A stretch of 64,000 nucleotides of DNA from Chiloscyllium plagiosum (GCF_004010195.1 NC_057720.1:24920500-24984499); one strand, 5' to 3'. Counted from the stretch's first letter, positions 48,681-61,523 are shown. The notes: generated by a model not told the origin, from the letters alone. Program-made: numbers and translations.

Positions 48681-50864
48681 TACAAAGGCAGTTTGCAGTT
48701 ATCTTTTTTGAGGTGAATCTGACCTGGGAAAAGACAAGGCACAAATGAGTTGTAAAGTTAAAAATTAGCTACTTTCACCCACCCATGCAACTGGCTTCCT
48801 GCAGTTGGAATGCGTCAAGATCTGCCAGTCATTCCCAAAGTGGAATTCTGCACAATCTGGGCTGTAATGACTTCAAGGTCAAATAACAAAAGCAGGTAGA
48901 ATTTGAAGACATTCCCTTTGTTAAATGGAGCATAATCTCCTAAGATGAGAAAAGAAAATGTTACATGAACTGATCAAGAGCTTTGTATATGGACTCGTAA
49001 AACAGATGTTTCTGTCAATTAATACATTAATGAACTTGTTGGACACACATTACTCTGGCAATTTTGTTTGTGATCAGTTTGTTACTAGGGTTTCAGGATC
49101 GTATCCTAGCAATAGTTTATCAGTAATGGTGTTGTACTGCTTCCTTTCTGAAATGTAAACCCTATTTAGCCTTAATTCTCAGACAAAGCAGTATTTTAAT
49201 GAGTTGAGTCCTCTATTTGCTTTTTTCCAGTTTTAATTTGGTTGAGTAATGAGCTGGAATGTGTTAAACCGTTACTGTTCAATGGATTTTGAGTTGGATT
49301 TAAATTGAAGTCACCCATGATTTGATCACATTTGCATGAAAATTGTGCAAAGCTCTGACTTGGTTTGAACTTTAAACTGTCTAAGACTCTCTCATTTTAA
49401 AAAAAAACACTACCAGCTAAAATTGAAGTGATTTATTTTTATCTTGATGCTTTACTTTCTCTCATTCTGTTGCATTTGGGGATATTCATGGCAAAGTGGT
49501 CTTGTAATGTTTATCTTTAATGAATTGCCTTTCCTGTTATCGCCTGTCAGTTAATGGCAACAGTTAAATCTCACTGACCAGAGTATTGCTGCAACTCCAG
49601 CATTCTGTACACTTATTCTGTGGCTGTTACGGTGCAGAATGAAAGAAGCTCTAGGTTCTAACTGGGTATAAAATTGCTTTATCTTCAATTTTACTTTTGG
49701 GGTATTTCCCATGAATGGCAGTGGCCCTAAACAATTGACAACTCATGTTTAAGCCTGGTAAACTCTGTCGGACTGCCAGGATAATCAGTGAGCTCCCTGA
49801 ATGCTGAAGGTGTGTAGGCTTGCAGCTTTTAGACTCTTGATAGCTGCTTTCCAAATTTCAAGTGTAGACGTTCCGGTGCTAGATAGCTGCCAGACAATGG
49901 CATGATTTAACCTGTCCTTGGCTATGTTAGTGTTACTCAGAACTTGATGGTCTGAGATCTGATTCAGTTAGGACCAACAATTTGGACTTGAGACCTTTTG
50001 GCTGTTTTATCAAAGGAATTTCTTGACCAGGGCATCAGGAGTTTGCTTATTTCAATTGTCAACTTGTTGGAAATATCAGGCAGGACTAACACTTAACAAC
50101 AAAAACAGAAATTGATGGAAAAGTTCAACAGGTCTGGAAGCATCCAATGAGAGAAATAACATTGCAGGTTGAGTGCCTCAGAACTCCTTTCACTAACTTG
50201 GTAACATTGTGAAGCCTGTCTGTCCTAATACACTATTTTGGTATTGAGATCTCTGAACCTGAGCTGCTTCTCCATTGAACATTGTGTTACTAATTTACAA
50301 CTGCACTTCTGATACAAAATTTGTATTGGTGTTTCTGGAAATGAATGGTACAATTTTCCAAATATTTCTCCCCAGTTCGAAATTGTTAATCGTCTCTTTT
50401 TAAGAGACAGTAAAATAGTGCTGTGGAGTTAAAATGACCACTAATGCACTAATTCAGGCCTTTGGTTCACTAGTTGAATTCTGTAGACTTGTGTAGGCTA
50501 GGGTGTTTAGTGAATAATGCCTGTAGTTACAGATTTGGATATAATTCAACCTCTGTCCTAGTTTTGAATGGATGAATTATTTCCTTCCCTTGCTGCACTA
50601 GTGTCTTGAATGTATTTAAAGGCTTTCATCTTGAGTTTTTACTACCTCTGCAGAATTTCCCAAAGGGTGTGTTCTGCACTGTATTCAACATTCTAATCCT
50701 GAAGTTAAAATTGTCCTGGTTTAAATCCATGATTTGCTTCCTTTCAATGTTTAATATTCCCTGCGAACTCTTTGACATACCACTTAATAAATGGAATGAG
50801 CTTAAATCCTTGAGCTGAGAAAGCCATGTCTTGATCAAACCCCTGACCTTTGACAATATGAATT

Positions 50865-51118
50865 GAGATGATAGCCTAGTGGTATCACTAGATTATTAGT
50901 TCGGGGGACCTTGGGTTTGAATTCTGTCATGGCAACTGAAAATTTGGATTACATTTCTTAAACTATAGAACTAAGTTTAATGAACCATATGGGTTTTTTG
51001 ATAATTGACACTGGTTTCATGGTCATCACTAATGTCCTTCCAGGAAGTATATTTGCCATCCTTTGCTCAGATGAGCAATAAATGCTAGCTTAGCCAGTGC
51101 CATTCACGTCCTGTGAAT
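50865..51118 (+). mobile_element. SacSINE1-like DeuSINE (rearranged)
   Basis: GAGATGATAGCCTAGTGGTATCACTAG head and ATGAGCAATAAATGCTAGCTTAGCCAGTG tail. Confidence 0.7.
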
Positions 51119-51289
51119 ACACTTAACCCACATGCGTTGTCAAATCTGCGTCCTCTGAGGCTACAAGTCGGATGGTTTCAGTAGTAGAGGGTCTGCAGTG
51201 CTATTTGAGCCATTCCACATTCAGTAATAACCTGTGGTGTAACCTTTTGCTCTGGATTAATGGTTATTTTAAAAAAAAAGTCTGAAGCT

Positions 51290-51745
51290 TGAAAGGGTTC
51301 AGAAAAGATTTACAAGGATGTTGGAGGATTTGAGCTCCAAGGAGAAGCTGAATAGGCTGGGGCTGTTTTCCCTGGTGCATGTGAAGCTGAGGGATGACTG
51401 ATGACATGGGAGGTTTATAAAATCATGAGGGGCAAGGATAGGATAAATAAGGTCTCCCTGCCCCCTGGGGTGGGGGTGGGGGGGGGGGGGGGCGGGGAAA
51501 GAGAAGAGAGATATGAAAGGCACTTGAGGGGCAACATTTTTATGCAGTGGATGCTGTTTGTATGGAATGAGCTGCCAGAGGAAGTAGAGGCTGGTACAAT
51601 TATAATACTTAAAAGGCATCTGAATGGGTATATGAATAGGAAGGGATATGGTTAGGTGCTGGCAAATTAGACTGATTGATTTTAGGCTAGAATATCTGGT
51701 AGGCATGGAGGAATTGGACTGAAGTCTTTCTGTGCTGTACATCTG
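51290..51745 (+). mobile_element. CR1 LINE 3' end with poly-G run
   Basis: RVQKRFTRML, EVYKIMRG.DR and WNELPEEVEAGTI..LKRHL coding remnants. Confidence 0.85.
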
Positions 51746-52539
51746 AGTCAATGATTAGGCTTGGCAGCATCTGTGGACACAGTACCAGTTAGTGTTTTGA
51801 GTCCAGTGACCTTTTCTTTCAAACTTGTTCTCCATGGATTTGGAGAATAATGGGCTGTTTCATGAAGCTGCGAGTGCTCTTCCGTATTTACACAGGCCCT
51901 CAGATGTTAGTAAGGAGGACTTTACAAAGTTACCAATTGGGTTTGCCATATCACTTCTGGTGCCAGGTCATTTGGTTGTTGGCTTGTTCACTTTTTTAAG
52001 GCTTTATGGTATGTGGTTTTGATGCAATGAAATGGTTTGTTCGGCCATTCAGAGTGTAACTGAGTTTGTCATGCTACTGGGCCTACATGTAGGCCCAACT
52101 AGGTAAAGACAGCAACTATCATTACCTGAAGGACTTTTTTTAGTTTAAAGGCTTCTCTCTCTCTTCTCTCCTCCTCCTCCCTCTGGCAATGCAATCCATC
52201 TCTCACTAAAGCATTAGCTGGGGCTACTGAATTCTTAACTTAGTGACGTTAGAATGCCATCTTTTCCTCCCCTCTTCCCTGCTGCACCCCTGGTATCTGA
52301 TTTGCTTTCAACTCACTCAAAGCTATTGTATAATTCAAAAAGGCACAAATCTTGATCATGAGCCTTTTTAAAATTTTTGGTTTTTGCAACAAAGGATTCT
52401 TAGTATTCTATCTGTATCTAGCAAGGGTAAATGGGTTGCAAGTCCAACTTCACTGATTTTATCTCATTGTGCTAATAGCTGCTAGTAACATGTAAGATTG
52501 AGCAAGTGCTCACAACTGTGGAGATTAGCATGCAAAAGA

Positions 52540-53110
52540 CTGAATACAATTGTGTACTCTACCTGTTGCGAACAGCCATTGACCTATTGTTGCAATGCAC
52601 TGCTTTTTTTTGGCAGGATTTTCTGACCGCATCCTGTGTTGGAAGATATCTCCTGTAACCACTTGAGTCATAGCAGTGTGAGCCAACTCGAAGCTGAGCA
52701 AGCCTTCTGTCAATAACATTGAGCACGTTTGTGACTTTTGCATAATTCTGTCTGCGGAGTAGTTTTGTGCTATTTCTGTATCAAACTTGCAAGATGAGCA
52801 AATGACTAGGTGGCTGCTACTTGGAAGATTGGGATTGATTTTGGTTCTTTTTAGCAATGTGTATGTTGACTGACTAGTGAAGTCCTGTCCTGATGTGCGC
52901 CATAAACGGCCAATTGGTTGAGTGAATTACTGCTGGAGGGCCTCTGTGGAATAGTTATCTGTTCAGAGGGTGTTGTTTGTCTAATACTGCAGATATTCTC
53001 TATTTTAAGAAAGTTCTCTGCCTCATCAACTGATGATTGGAAATCTCCTGTCCATTCCAACCTCGCTTTATCTGTTTTGGGAATCAACTGTTGCAATGGT
53101 ACTTTCAAAC
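52540..53110 (-). mobile_element. Possible decayed Ty3/Gypsy RT-connector / RNase H remnant
   Basis: Minus-strand PLQQL....W...FQ....EA..FL, then QNYS and a ..F.L...., ..IF..., QW... sequence in the order expected for Gypsy RNase H. Heavily degenerate. Confidence 0.4.
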
Positions 53111-55506
53111 TTCCAATCATACATTTAGCTAGATAGACCTACAACTACCTGATTAATCCAATTAGCTTAACTTTTTTTGTGCTATTATCATTGCATAGAT
53201 TCAGAAAACAGCGATATATCTATTGAATTTGTAAACACAGTTGAGGTTAGTTTGTTTCATGATGAGCATTCGAAAGTAGATGGCATCATATGATGCCCTC
53301 TAGGTCTATCAGCATTAACATCTTTGGTTTCATTGAGACTCTTGTGGAACCAGCCTTAATTTCCTACCTTATGCATGTTTCTGAAACAACATTTCACACC
53401 CTCTTGAATCATCTGTGTAGTTATTTAAAGGATTGTCTTGCATAGCTTAAATGTACTTTATGCCCTTGTCTACTTATATGGTGGGATTCAAATAGTTCCC
53501 TATGTTGTACGTTTGGCTTTGTGATAATCTTAGCCACTTGTTCACCCTCCTAAGCTTGATGCAGAATTTAAGAATGGATTGGTTGTGTGGCAGTAGCTAT
53601 CCTGATCAGATCATACCCCACAAATTTGCAGATGGCTGAAAGGAACCACTTCCTTCATTCATGTTATTGCCCATCCTAACTGCCCTTGAGTTGAATGGCT
53701 TGCTTTGAATACTTTGAAAGTGCTTGGTCTATCTCCAGTTAGCCTGAAAAGGCCAAGTATCTACACTTTGAATCACTTGAGTAAGCCATTTCATGCCACT
53801 CAGTGGATCTCCCTTCAATCAAAAACACGTTATTGCTCAACTGCAGGACAGGCACATAATGTATGCACATCTGTGCTGGTGTGATGCCAGGTACTTGGGC
53901 AATACATCCTATCAACTGTCTGGTCCATTTGACATGTATAGAGTCTGTACTGTGAATCCATGTTTAAAGGTCAAAACAATGTATACTTGATATACAGAGG
54001 TTCTGCAACTGGGCAGCACTTGATGTACACTCGGGTGCAAATAGTAACACCAACCAACTTATCAGTTGGCTCAATTTTCACCATTTAGAATTCTTCTTAC
54101 AAGCTACCCTTTGCAGCTACAAAAAATGTTCTAGCCATTTTATGAAACGTGGGGCACTGGGGATCCTGTGGTTTGCTGTTGCTCTCTTGATGGCAACACC
54201 TCTGCTAATCACCCATTTTTCTTTTTCTGTAGTATAAATGGATCACTTTGACATTTGGTTGTTACATTTGTCCTGATGGGTAGCAACATACTTTTTTTTG
54301 AGAAATGCTGTCAAAACTTGTATGTTCACCCTTAACAGGAAGGGGACCAGAAGTGAGGCATGTGTGCTGGATTGGCATTACTGTAGGTAATCACACCAGT
54401 TTCGTGCACTGAATGCCTGTGTATACTGGACACTTTCTATGTTGAAGTAGAGCACATGTTCTCATTATTAACATTTTTATCTTCCAGGTTTCTAGCTAAC
54501 CACCTTTCAGATAGCTGTCAGCCCCTTGATTCGTGTCCTGAGCTTAGTTTTTGCAGTTTAAATCCGTGGATACCACCTTTTACATCTAAAGGTTAGTGTT
54601 AACAAGCTTTAATTTCTTTGCTTTACATCTGCTTAAAATTGATTTTAGGCAAATAAAGCTTTGATAACCACTGCAAAAATGTCTTACTTTATGGATCTCC
54701 TTATACACTAAATTTCACTCTTGGTTTTGAGGGAAATAATTGATTTCGAACCCTTGGGTTACTTTGTATCGTTCCACTAAGACTTTAACACAATAGGCTG
54801 AATGGGTTTTGTTTTTGATTGTTCATTATATTCTGACTTTTGGTCATTATCCTGGTCTCTGAGATTAGTTCTGTTCTGGTAATGCACCTCCTTGGGAGTG
54901 ACTTCTAACTTGTATGAGGGGGAATGTCTGTCACAGCCCAGTGAAATTAATACATTTGTATGGAAACCTGAATGTGGGTGAGGTAGGATCACCTAGTTAT
55001 TGTCCTCTTGTGGATCTATTTGTCCTTTGTTCTAATGTTGATTTCTGGTGCTCACATACACCATATCCAGCTTTCCGATGGGTGGTTTGAAATGGTAACT
55101 GACTTAATGGACTGTTGCCAGCATCTTGTGTTTCTTCAGCTTTGTTTTAGCAAATGCAGTGTTCAGTGTGAAATTGAGTTAGTCCGTTTGTGGTAGTTAC
55201 TATGTCTGTTTAGTGTGCTTGTCGAGCCAACTGCAGATATTCTCTATTTACGTTTTTTTTCTTCCCACTTTATTGGTCACTGATAAGGTAATCCTTTTGT
55301 CACTTCCAACTTCATGTTGCTTTGCTCGCTCTTGGGATTGTTATCTCAATGGTAGTTACACACTTCTAAGTGTCTTGCACTGATCCCCCAACCAGACCTG
55401 TAACTCTTGATGTGTACAACACTTTTTTTTTAAAAAACTTGACAGTCCCTCTGTCCTCGTCTCCCCCTCTCTACAGCCTATTCACCTGTTTTTTGCAGAT
55501 GGATGT

Positions 55507-55550
55507 GCACCTGGGCCTACTTTCCTGGGTCAAAAAGTAGGCCCAGGTGC
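55507..55550. repeat. Perfect 17-bp inverted repeat, 10-nt loop
   Basis: GCACCTGGGCCTACTTT (55507-55523) / AAAGTAGGCCCAGGTGC (55534-55550). Confidence 0.9.
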
Positions 55551-55731
55551 TGTAAGACCCCCATTTTTTTTCTAAACCGTCTTGAATGTGGAAACTGAGG
55601 CAACTCATGCAGAGCCCTCGGACAACTTTAATGCTAAATTTAATGTTCTACTTTCTTTCTTCTGCTTTGTGCAGCTGAGCTGCAATACATGCCCTTACAC
55701 TGTGTGTCATGACCCTGCCAAGCTTATGTTT

Positions 55732-57502
55732 GTGGATTAGTGGTGCTGGAAGAGCACAGCAGTTCAGGCAACATTCGAGGAGCAATAAAATTGATGTTTC
55801 CGGCAAAAGCCCTTCATCAGGAATAAAGGCAGAGAGCCTGAAGCATGGAGAGATGAGCTAGAGGAGAGTGGGGGTGGGGAGAAAGTAGCATAGAGGCGGT
55901 GAAGGAGGCCCAGGACCTCCATGTCCTCAGTGGAGTGGGAGGGGGAGTTGAAATGTTGGGCCACAGGGCGGTGTGGTTGATTGGTGCAGGTGTCCCAGAG
56001 ATGTCCCCTAAAGTGCTCTGCTAGGAGGTGTCCAGTCTCCCCAATGTAGAGGAGACCGCATCGGGAGCAATGGATGCAATATTGGTGGATGTGCAGGTGA
56101 AACTTTGGATGTGGAAGGCTCCTTTAGGGCCTTGGATGGAGGTGAGGGAGGTGTGGGTGCAGGTTTTGCAGTTCCTGTGGTGACAGGGGAAGGTGCCAGG
56201 ATGAGAGGGTGGGTCATAGGGGGGCGTGGACCTGACCAGGGAACCTTAAATTTACCTGGACCATCTGGCCATCTCCCTCCCCTTCCTGGACCCCTCCATC
56301 TCCATTAAAGATGACTGACTTGACACTGACATTTTTTTACAAACCCACTGACTCCCACAGCTGCCTGGATTACACCCCTTCCCACCCTACTTTTTTTGCA
56401 AAAATGCCATCCCATATTCCCAATTCCTCTGTCGTATCTGCTCCCAGGAGGACCAGTTCCACCGCAGAACACCAGATGGCCTCCTTCTTTAGAGACCACA
56501 ATTTCCCTTCCCATGTGGTGAAAGATACCCTCCATCACAGCTTGTCCACATCCCGCACCCCTCCAACCGTAACAAGGACAGAATGCCCCTGGTGCTCACC
56601 TTCCACCCTACCAACCTTCGCATAAACCAAATCATCCATCAACATTTCCACCACCTCCAAACAGACTCCACCACCAGGGATATATTTCCCTCCCCACCCC
56701 TTTCCGCCTTCTGCAAAGACTGTTCCCTCCGTGACTACCTGGTCAGGTCCACGTCCACCCTCCTGTCCTGGCACCTTCCCCTGCCACCGCAGGAACTGCA
56801 AAACCTGTGCCCACACCATCTCCCTCACCTCCATCCAAGGCCCTAAAGGAACCTTCCACATCCATCAAAGTTTCACCTGCACATCCACCAATATCATTTA
56901 TTGTATCCGTTGCTCCCGATGCGGTGGTCTCTACATTTGAGGAGACTGGACACCTCGCAGAGCGCTTTAGGGAACATCTCTGGGACACCCGCACCAATCA
57001 ACCAAACCGCCCTGTGGCCCAACATTTCAACTCCCCACTCCACTCTGCTGAGGACATGGAGGACCTGAGCCTCCCTCGCTGCTCCCTCACCACCAGACAC
57101 CTGGAGGAAGAACACCTCATCTTCTGCCTCGGAACACTTCAACCCCAGGGCATCAATGTGGACTTCAACAGTTTCCTCATTTCCCCTTTTCCCCCACCTC
57201 GCCCTAGTTCCAAACTTCCAGCTCAGCACTGTCCCCTATGACTTGTCCTACCTGCCTATCTTTTCCACCTATCCCCTCCCCCACTCACCTATTGTACTCT
57301 ATGCTACTTTCTCCTCACCCTCCTCTAGCGTATCTCTCCACACTTCAGGCGCTCTGCCTTTATTCCTGATGAAGGGCTTTTGCCCGAAACATCGATTTTA
57401 CTCCTCGGATGCTGCCTGAACTGCTGTGCTCTTCCAGTACCACTAATCCAGAATCTGGTTTCCAGCATCTGCAGTCATTGTTTTTACCTCATTGTTTTTA
57501 CC
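55732..57502 (+). mobile_element. Neptune-type Penelope-like retroelement with inverted 5' segment
   Basis: + strand 56240-57488: LKFTWTI, LPFLD, YKPTDSHSCLDY, PGTFPCHRRNCKTCAH (Cys linker), NIIYCIRCSRCGGLYI, LAERFREH, then hammerhead 57362-57397. 55732-56238 is an inverted, deleted copy of the 3' half. The tail TCATTGTTTTTACC is tandemly doubled (57475-57502). Confidence 0.92.
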
Positions 57503-58727
57503 AAGCTCAGGTTTCTGACCATCTGGATCTGCTTTTATTTCACTGAACAACTGACTCTTGTGCTATTTACCACTCTAAAATGTTAAACTCTCCTTCAATA
57601 CTCTACTCCTTCCCTTCTGTCCTTCACTCAATTTCACTGTTGCCACTCCCCCAACACTTAATTGGCTACAGTCCATGTTGCAATGTCTGATTTTCCACAA
57701 CTTCAAGTTTGTACCTCTCCATTGCAGCACTAAAATGTCCAGTCAGTTGCCTGGTTCTAAGTAAAGTGCCTTCCTTTTCCACATTGTTCCACCCTGTTGT
57801 ACCCTTTTTGACCCAAAAGTCCACAGTCTCCTTGTTCCAGCTCCAATTTATTGTCCAGCTGAATGATACTGCCCTTCCAAAAATTAAAACAAAAGTCAGG
57901 TGCCAACTATTTTGACAACAATGAAGTTGGTCTTTCAAATCTATAATCCTCTTCAACATTTCAGGTGTCTGTCTACAGTTTTGTTACTGCTGTTGTTTGG
58001 TTCCACTCCTAATCCAGTTCTTCCCAGCAAATCTCCTCCTGTCATAGTTCCCTTACTTCCCTCGGGTTTGCCAAGAATCTACCCGTGACTTCGTTTCTGA
58101 GCACCTTGCTGCCCATCTGATGCTTAGAAAAATGAGATCTTGTGCAATGCTTTGTTGTACTAACTTAACATCTTACTGTCTCTGCCTATCTGGTGATCTT
58201 CAAGAGCCACGTTGTCTTTCCTTTGAATATTGAGTAGTGTGAAGCTGTTGGAGGGGAGACTTCTAGTCTTTCTTAACATGTTTTTAAGGCTGGGCTATAA
58301 TGTTCTCAGACTCAGTTAAGCTTTCAACTCCATATTCCCTCTGTTTCTTGTAACTTTCAACTATATTATCCATCTCCATCCTGCCTCTGCCTGTCCTTTG
58401 TGTATCTCAGCTGTTGCAAAGTGCTCTTGGTGACCTTTCCATTGTCCATTAAATGCTCTCTAACTTATGTCTAATTTAACCCATCACTAATTATCCTACA
58501 CACTTCCCTTCTATTCTGACTCTATTGTATCCTAACATTTGAATATCTCCATGATCTTCTATCCACTAAAGATTCAAATCATTCCCTCAAGTTCACATTT
58601 CTAATGTCTGTCTGTGTTTTCTGATTTCTACTTTAAGTGCTAAATTGTGCTTTTAAATTATACTGAAGGTGCTATATAAATACAATTTATGACCCTTAGG
58701 TTTTGGAAGTGTCATTTTGAAACAAAC

Positions 58728-58785
58728 ATGTTGGCAGAGATGGGGGCACGAGCTGCCCAAGTATATGCAAATCTTTTGAAAGGAG
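58728..58785 (+). CDS. ELOVL1: ELOVL1 first coding exon (coding part), MLAEMGARAAQVYANLLKG+G; exon probably starts at 58700
   Basis: ATG in AACATGT context after an acceptor (cccttag|G at 58700). Strong donor GAG|gtaag at 58785. The phase-1 end joins the next exon (G|AT CCA AGG = D-P-R). Length and a Y..LL motif resemble fish ELOVL1 N-termini. Confidence 0.8.
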
Positions 58786-59169
58786 GTAAGATGTTTTTTG
58801 TTCAAAGAATGTTCAACTTGTGACTCCAAGTTGAATTTTGTTTTAAGGTTTTATTTAATAGCCTACTTGACATTTCAATGATTTGTTTAGTTATATTCAT
58901 GTATTTGACACTACTTATATTTGCAGTAAAGAATTCTTGCTGAGTTGTGCCTGAAAGCAATTTCTCAATCCATTAGTGGTTTCTGAAATACATAACTTAA
59001 TGGACATTTTTAATAAACTAAACGTGCATAATCTTGTATAAAGTGAAGTCAGCAAATGGAGTAGTGACCACCAATCCAATGCATTCCAGGGATGTTTTTA
59101 ATAAGCTAGAAAAATAATTCTGGGCAGTTTGCCAGTCTGTTAGTAACTAAATGCACCCTGTTAAGTCAA

Positions 59170-61055
59170 AGCCGATTTTAAGCAAAGATCTCCAAAGATG
59201 CAGGGTGACCTATGATTTTGGATGAAGTAATCCATCCTAGGGTGAAGAGGCACTTCACAATTTGGCAACTTATGGCCTTGCATATCCCCTTCTCAGCCAT
59301 TACTCTTAAGCCAGGGGATCAACCCAGAGTCAATGGAGGAGGGCACACCAGGAGCAGCATCAGGCATAGCTAAAAATGAAAGGTCAACCTGGTGAAGCTA
59401 CCAAAAAGGGTGACTTGTGTGCCAACAGCATAAGCAGTAAGTGATGGGGAGAACAAAGTAATCCCACAAAAAAATGCCATAGCTCTGCAGTCCTACTGCA
59501 TCCAGTCACAAATGATAGTGAACAATTATAAACAACTCTGCAGGAGGAGGCTGTACAAATCTCCATTTTCAAAGATGGAAGAGCCTAACACCTGTGTAAA
59601 AGATAAGGCTATTGTATTTGCAGCAGTGTTTAGCTAGAAGTGCTGAGTGGATGGTGCATCTTGGTCACCTCCAGAGGTCTCCAGTTTTCAGCCAATTTGA
59701 TTGGATATTGCAATCACTGAGTCAATGTCTCCAACTGTTTGCTAAGGTTATAGGCCCTGCTAACATCCTGGCAAAAGTACTGAAGACTTGTGTTCCAGAA
59801 CTTACTGTTCCCCTAGCCAAGTTGTTCCAGTATAGTTACAACACTGGATTCTGTTTGACAATGTGGAAAGTTGCCTAGTTTGTCAAAGCAGGGCAAGTCC
59901 AACCTGGCCCATTACTGTCTCGTCAGTGGAAGGTGCCATAAAGATGCTGCCCGCTTTAGCACTGGCTGAGCAACAACCTCCGCAACGTCCAGTTAGGGAT
60001 CTGCTAGGGCCACTCACTGCTGACCTCATTTCAGCCTTGGTTCAAACATGTTCAAAAGAACTGAATTCCAGAGGTGATTGACAGCCCTTCACCACAAGGC
60101 TGCATTTGTGTGGCCCTCGACCCTTGCAAAACTGGAAGTTGTGCATATCGGGGCAAACTCACTGGTTGGAGTCAAACCTGGCACATGTGAAATGGTTGTG
60201 AATGTTGGAGGTCAGTTGTCTCTGCTCCAGGATGTTAGTGTTCCTCAGGGTTGTGACCTAGGCCAAACAATCAGCTGCTCATGAGTGACCACCACCCCTC
60301 CATCCTAAGTTTAGGAGTGAGAATGTGCATTCAAACAATGTTCAGTAACATGGCAACTCAGGCTTGGACTGTGTGGCCATTGCATTCTCACGGCAAATGC
60401 CAGGCCATCTAATGCCCCTTGACATTCAATGGTGTTACTAACACTGAATCTCCCACTATTAATATCCTGGTGGTTACCATTGATTAGAAACTGAGCTGAA
60501 CTTGCTATATAAATGTAGTATTTGCAAGAGCAGGTCAGCAATTGGCAATACTCTGGCAAGTAACTTTTACCTCCTGACTCCCCAAAGCCTGTCCTCCATC
60601 TAAGGTGTGGGGCTAGGGATGTGATTAAATACTCCCCTCTCTCCTGGATGGGTTCAGTATCAATAACATTAAGAAGCTTGACCGTATCTCTGGACAAGGC
60701 AGCATGTTTGGCAGCACATTGACAAACATCCGTTCTCAACTATCCATGTTCCATCTCTGCTGCCACTGTCTAAAGATGGGCTGCAGAAACTAGCAGATTT
60801 GATCTTTGAACCTCTTAACCACTTCCATCCAGAAGGACAAGGGCAGTAGATACATAGAAGTATCTGCAAGTTAGCCTCCAGCCACTCCCCATCTGACTTG
60901 GAAATATCACTGTCACTAGGTCAAAATCCTAAAATTCCATCCCCGACAGCATTGTGGATTAGTGTAGCACAGGGACTGTAGTTCAGGAAGTCACCTTACT
61001 ATCTTGTAAGGGACAATTATGCACAGACAAATGGTGGCCACCCAGTGCAGATGTC
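59170..61055 (+). mobile_element. CR1-clade LINE (decayed) in an ELOVL1 intron; likely partner of the DeuSINE
   Basis: GPANILAKVLKTCVPELTVPLAKLFQYSYNTG...WKVA and VPQG..LG RT motifs. Tail GGGACAATTATGCACAGACAAATGGTGGCC resembles the SacSINE1-like tail. Confidence 0.85.
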
Positions 61056-61332
61056 TCTCTTTTACTTTTTTAGCAAGATAAGATTTTTTTTGTAGAATGT
61101 AAGAGTAAGTATAACTTGTCCCTCCTTTCTTTCCCAGCCTGTAGCTACAATCTGTACTCAAATGGCAAATGTGTCTGTAAAATTTCTCAATGGTTTGCCT
61201 TCTCTTGAAGATAACAAATAGACATTTGGAAAGAAGCCCTCGGACAGTTTCTCTTATTATCATGCGTATCTTTTTAAGAATACAAACTGGGATGTTTTGG
61301 GTTTGCTGGTGTTTATAATTGTTTCTCTCTAG

Positions 61333-61523
61333 ATCCAAGGATTGAAGAATACCCGCTAATGGTATCTCCTGTCCCTATGACTGCAATCCTCTTGTTCTAC
61401 GTCTATTTTGTACTGTCGCTGGGACCCAGACTCATGGCTGGCAAGAAACCTTTCGACCTTAAAAAGATTATGGTTGTCTATAATTTTGCACTGGTGTTTT
61501 TCTCGATATACATAGTATATGAG
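61333..61523 (+). CDS. ELOVL1: ELOVL1 coding exon (191 nt): [64 protein letters not shown]
   Basis: Acceptor tttctctctag|, donor GAG|gtatgt. Translation closely matches vertebrate ELOVL1 ([32 protein letters not shown]...M.VYNF.LV..S.YIVYE). ELOVL7 is the closest alternative. Confidence 0.95.

Noticed and set aside
48958..49158. ORF MLHELIKSFVYG... as the ELOVL1 first coding exon
   Set aside because: No suitable phase-1 donor; 58728-58785 fits better.
53750..54000. Possible Gypsy integrase remnant
   Set aside because: Only weak motif hints, and the position relative to the putative RNase H is inconsistent with Gypsy domain order.
5..57502. Recurring GCTGGAA.AGCACAGCAG repeats as a CRISPR-like array
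   Set aside because: Dispersed, in both orientations and without regular spacers; they are Penelope-like terminal repeats in a vertebrate genome.
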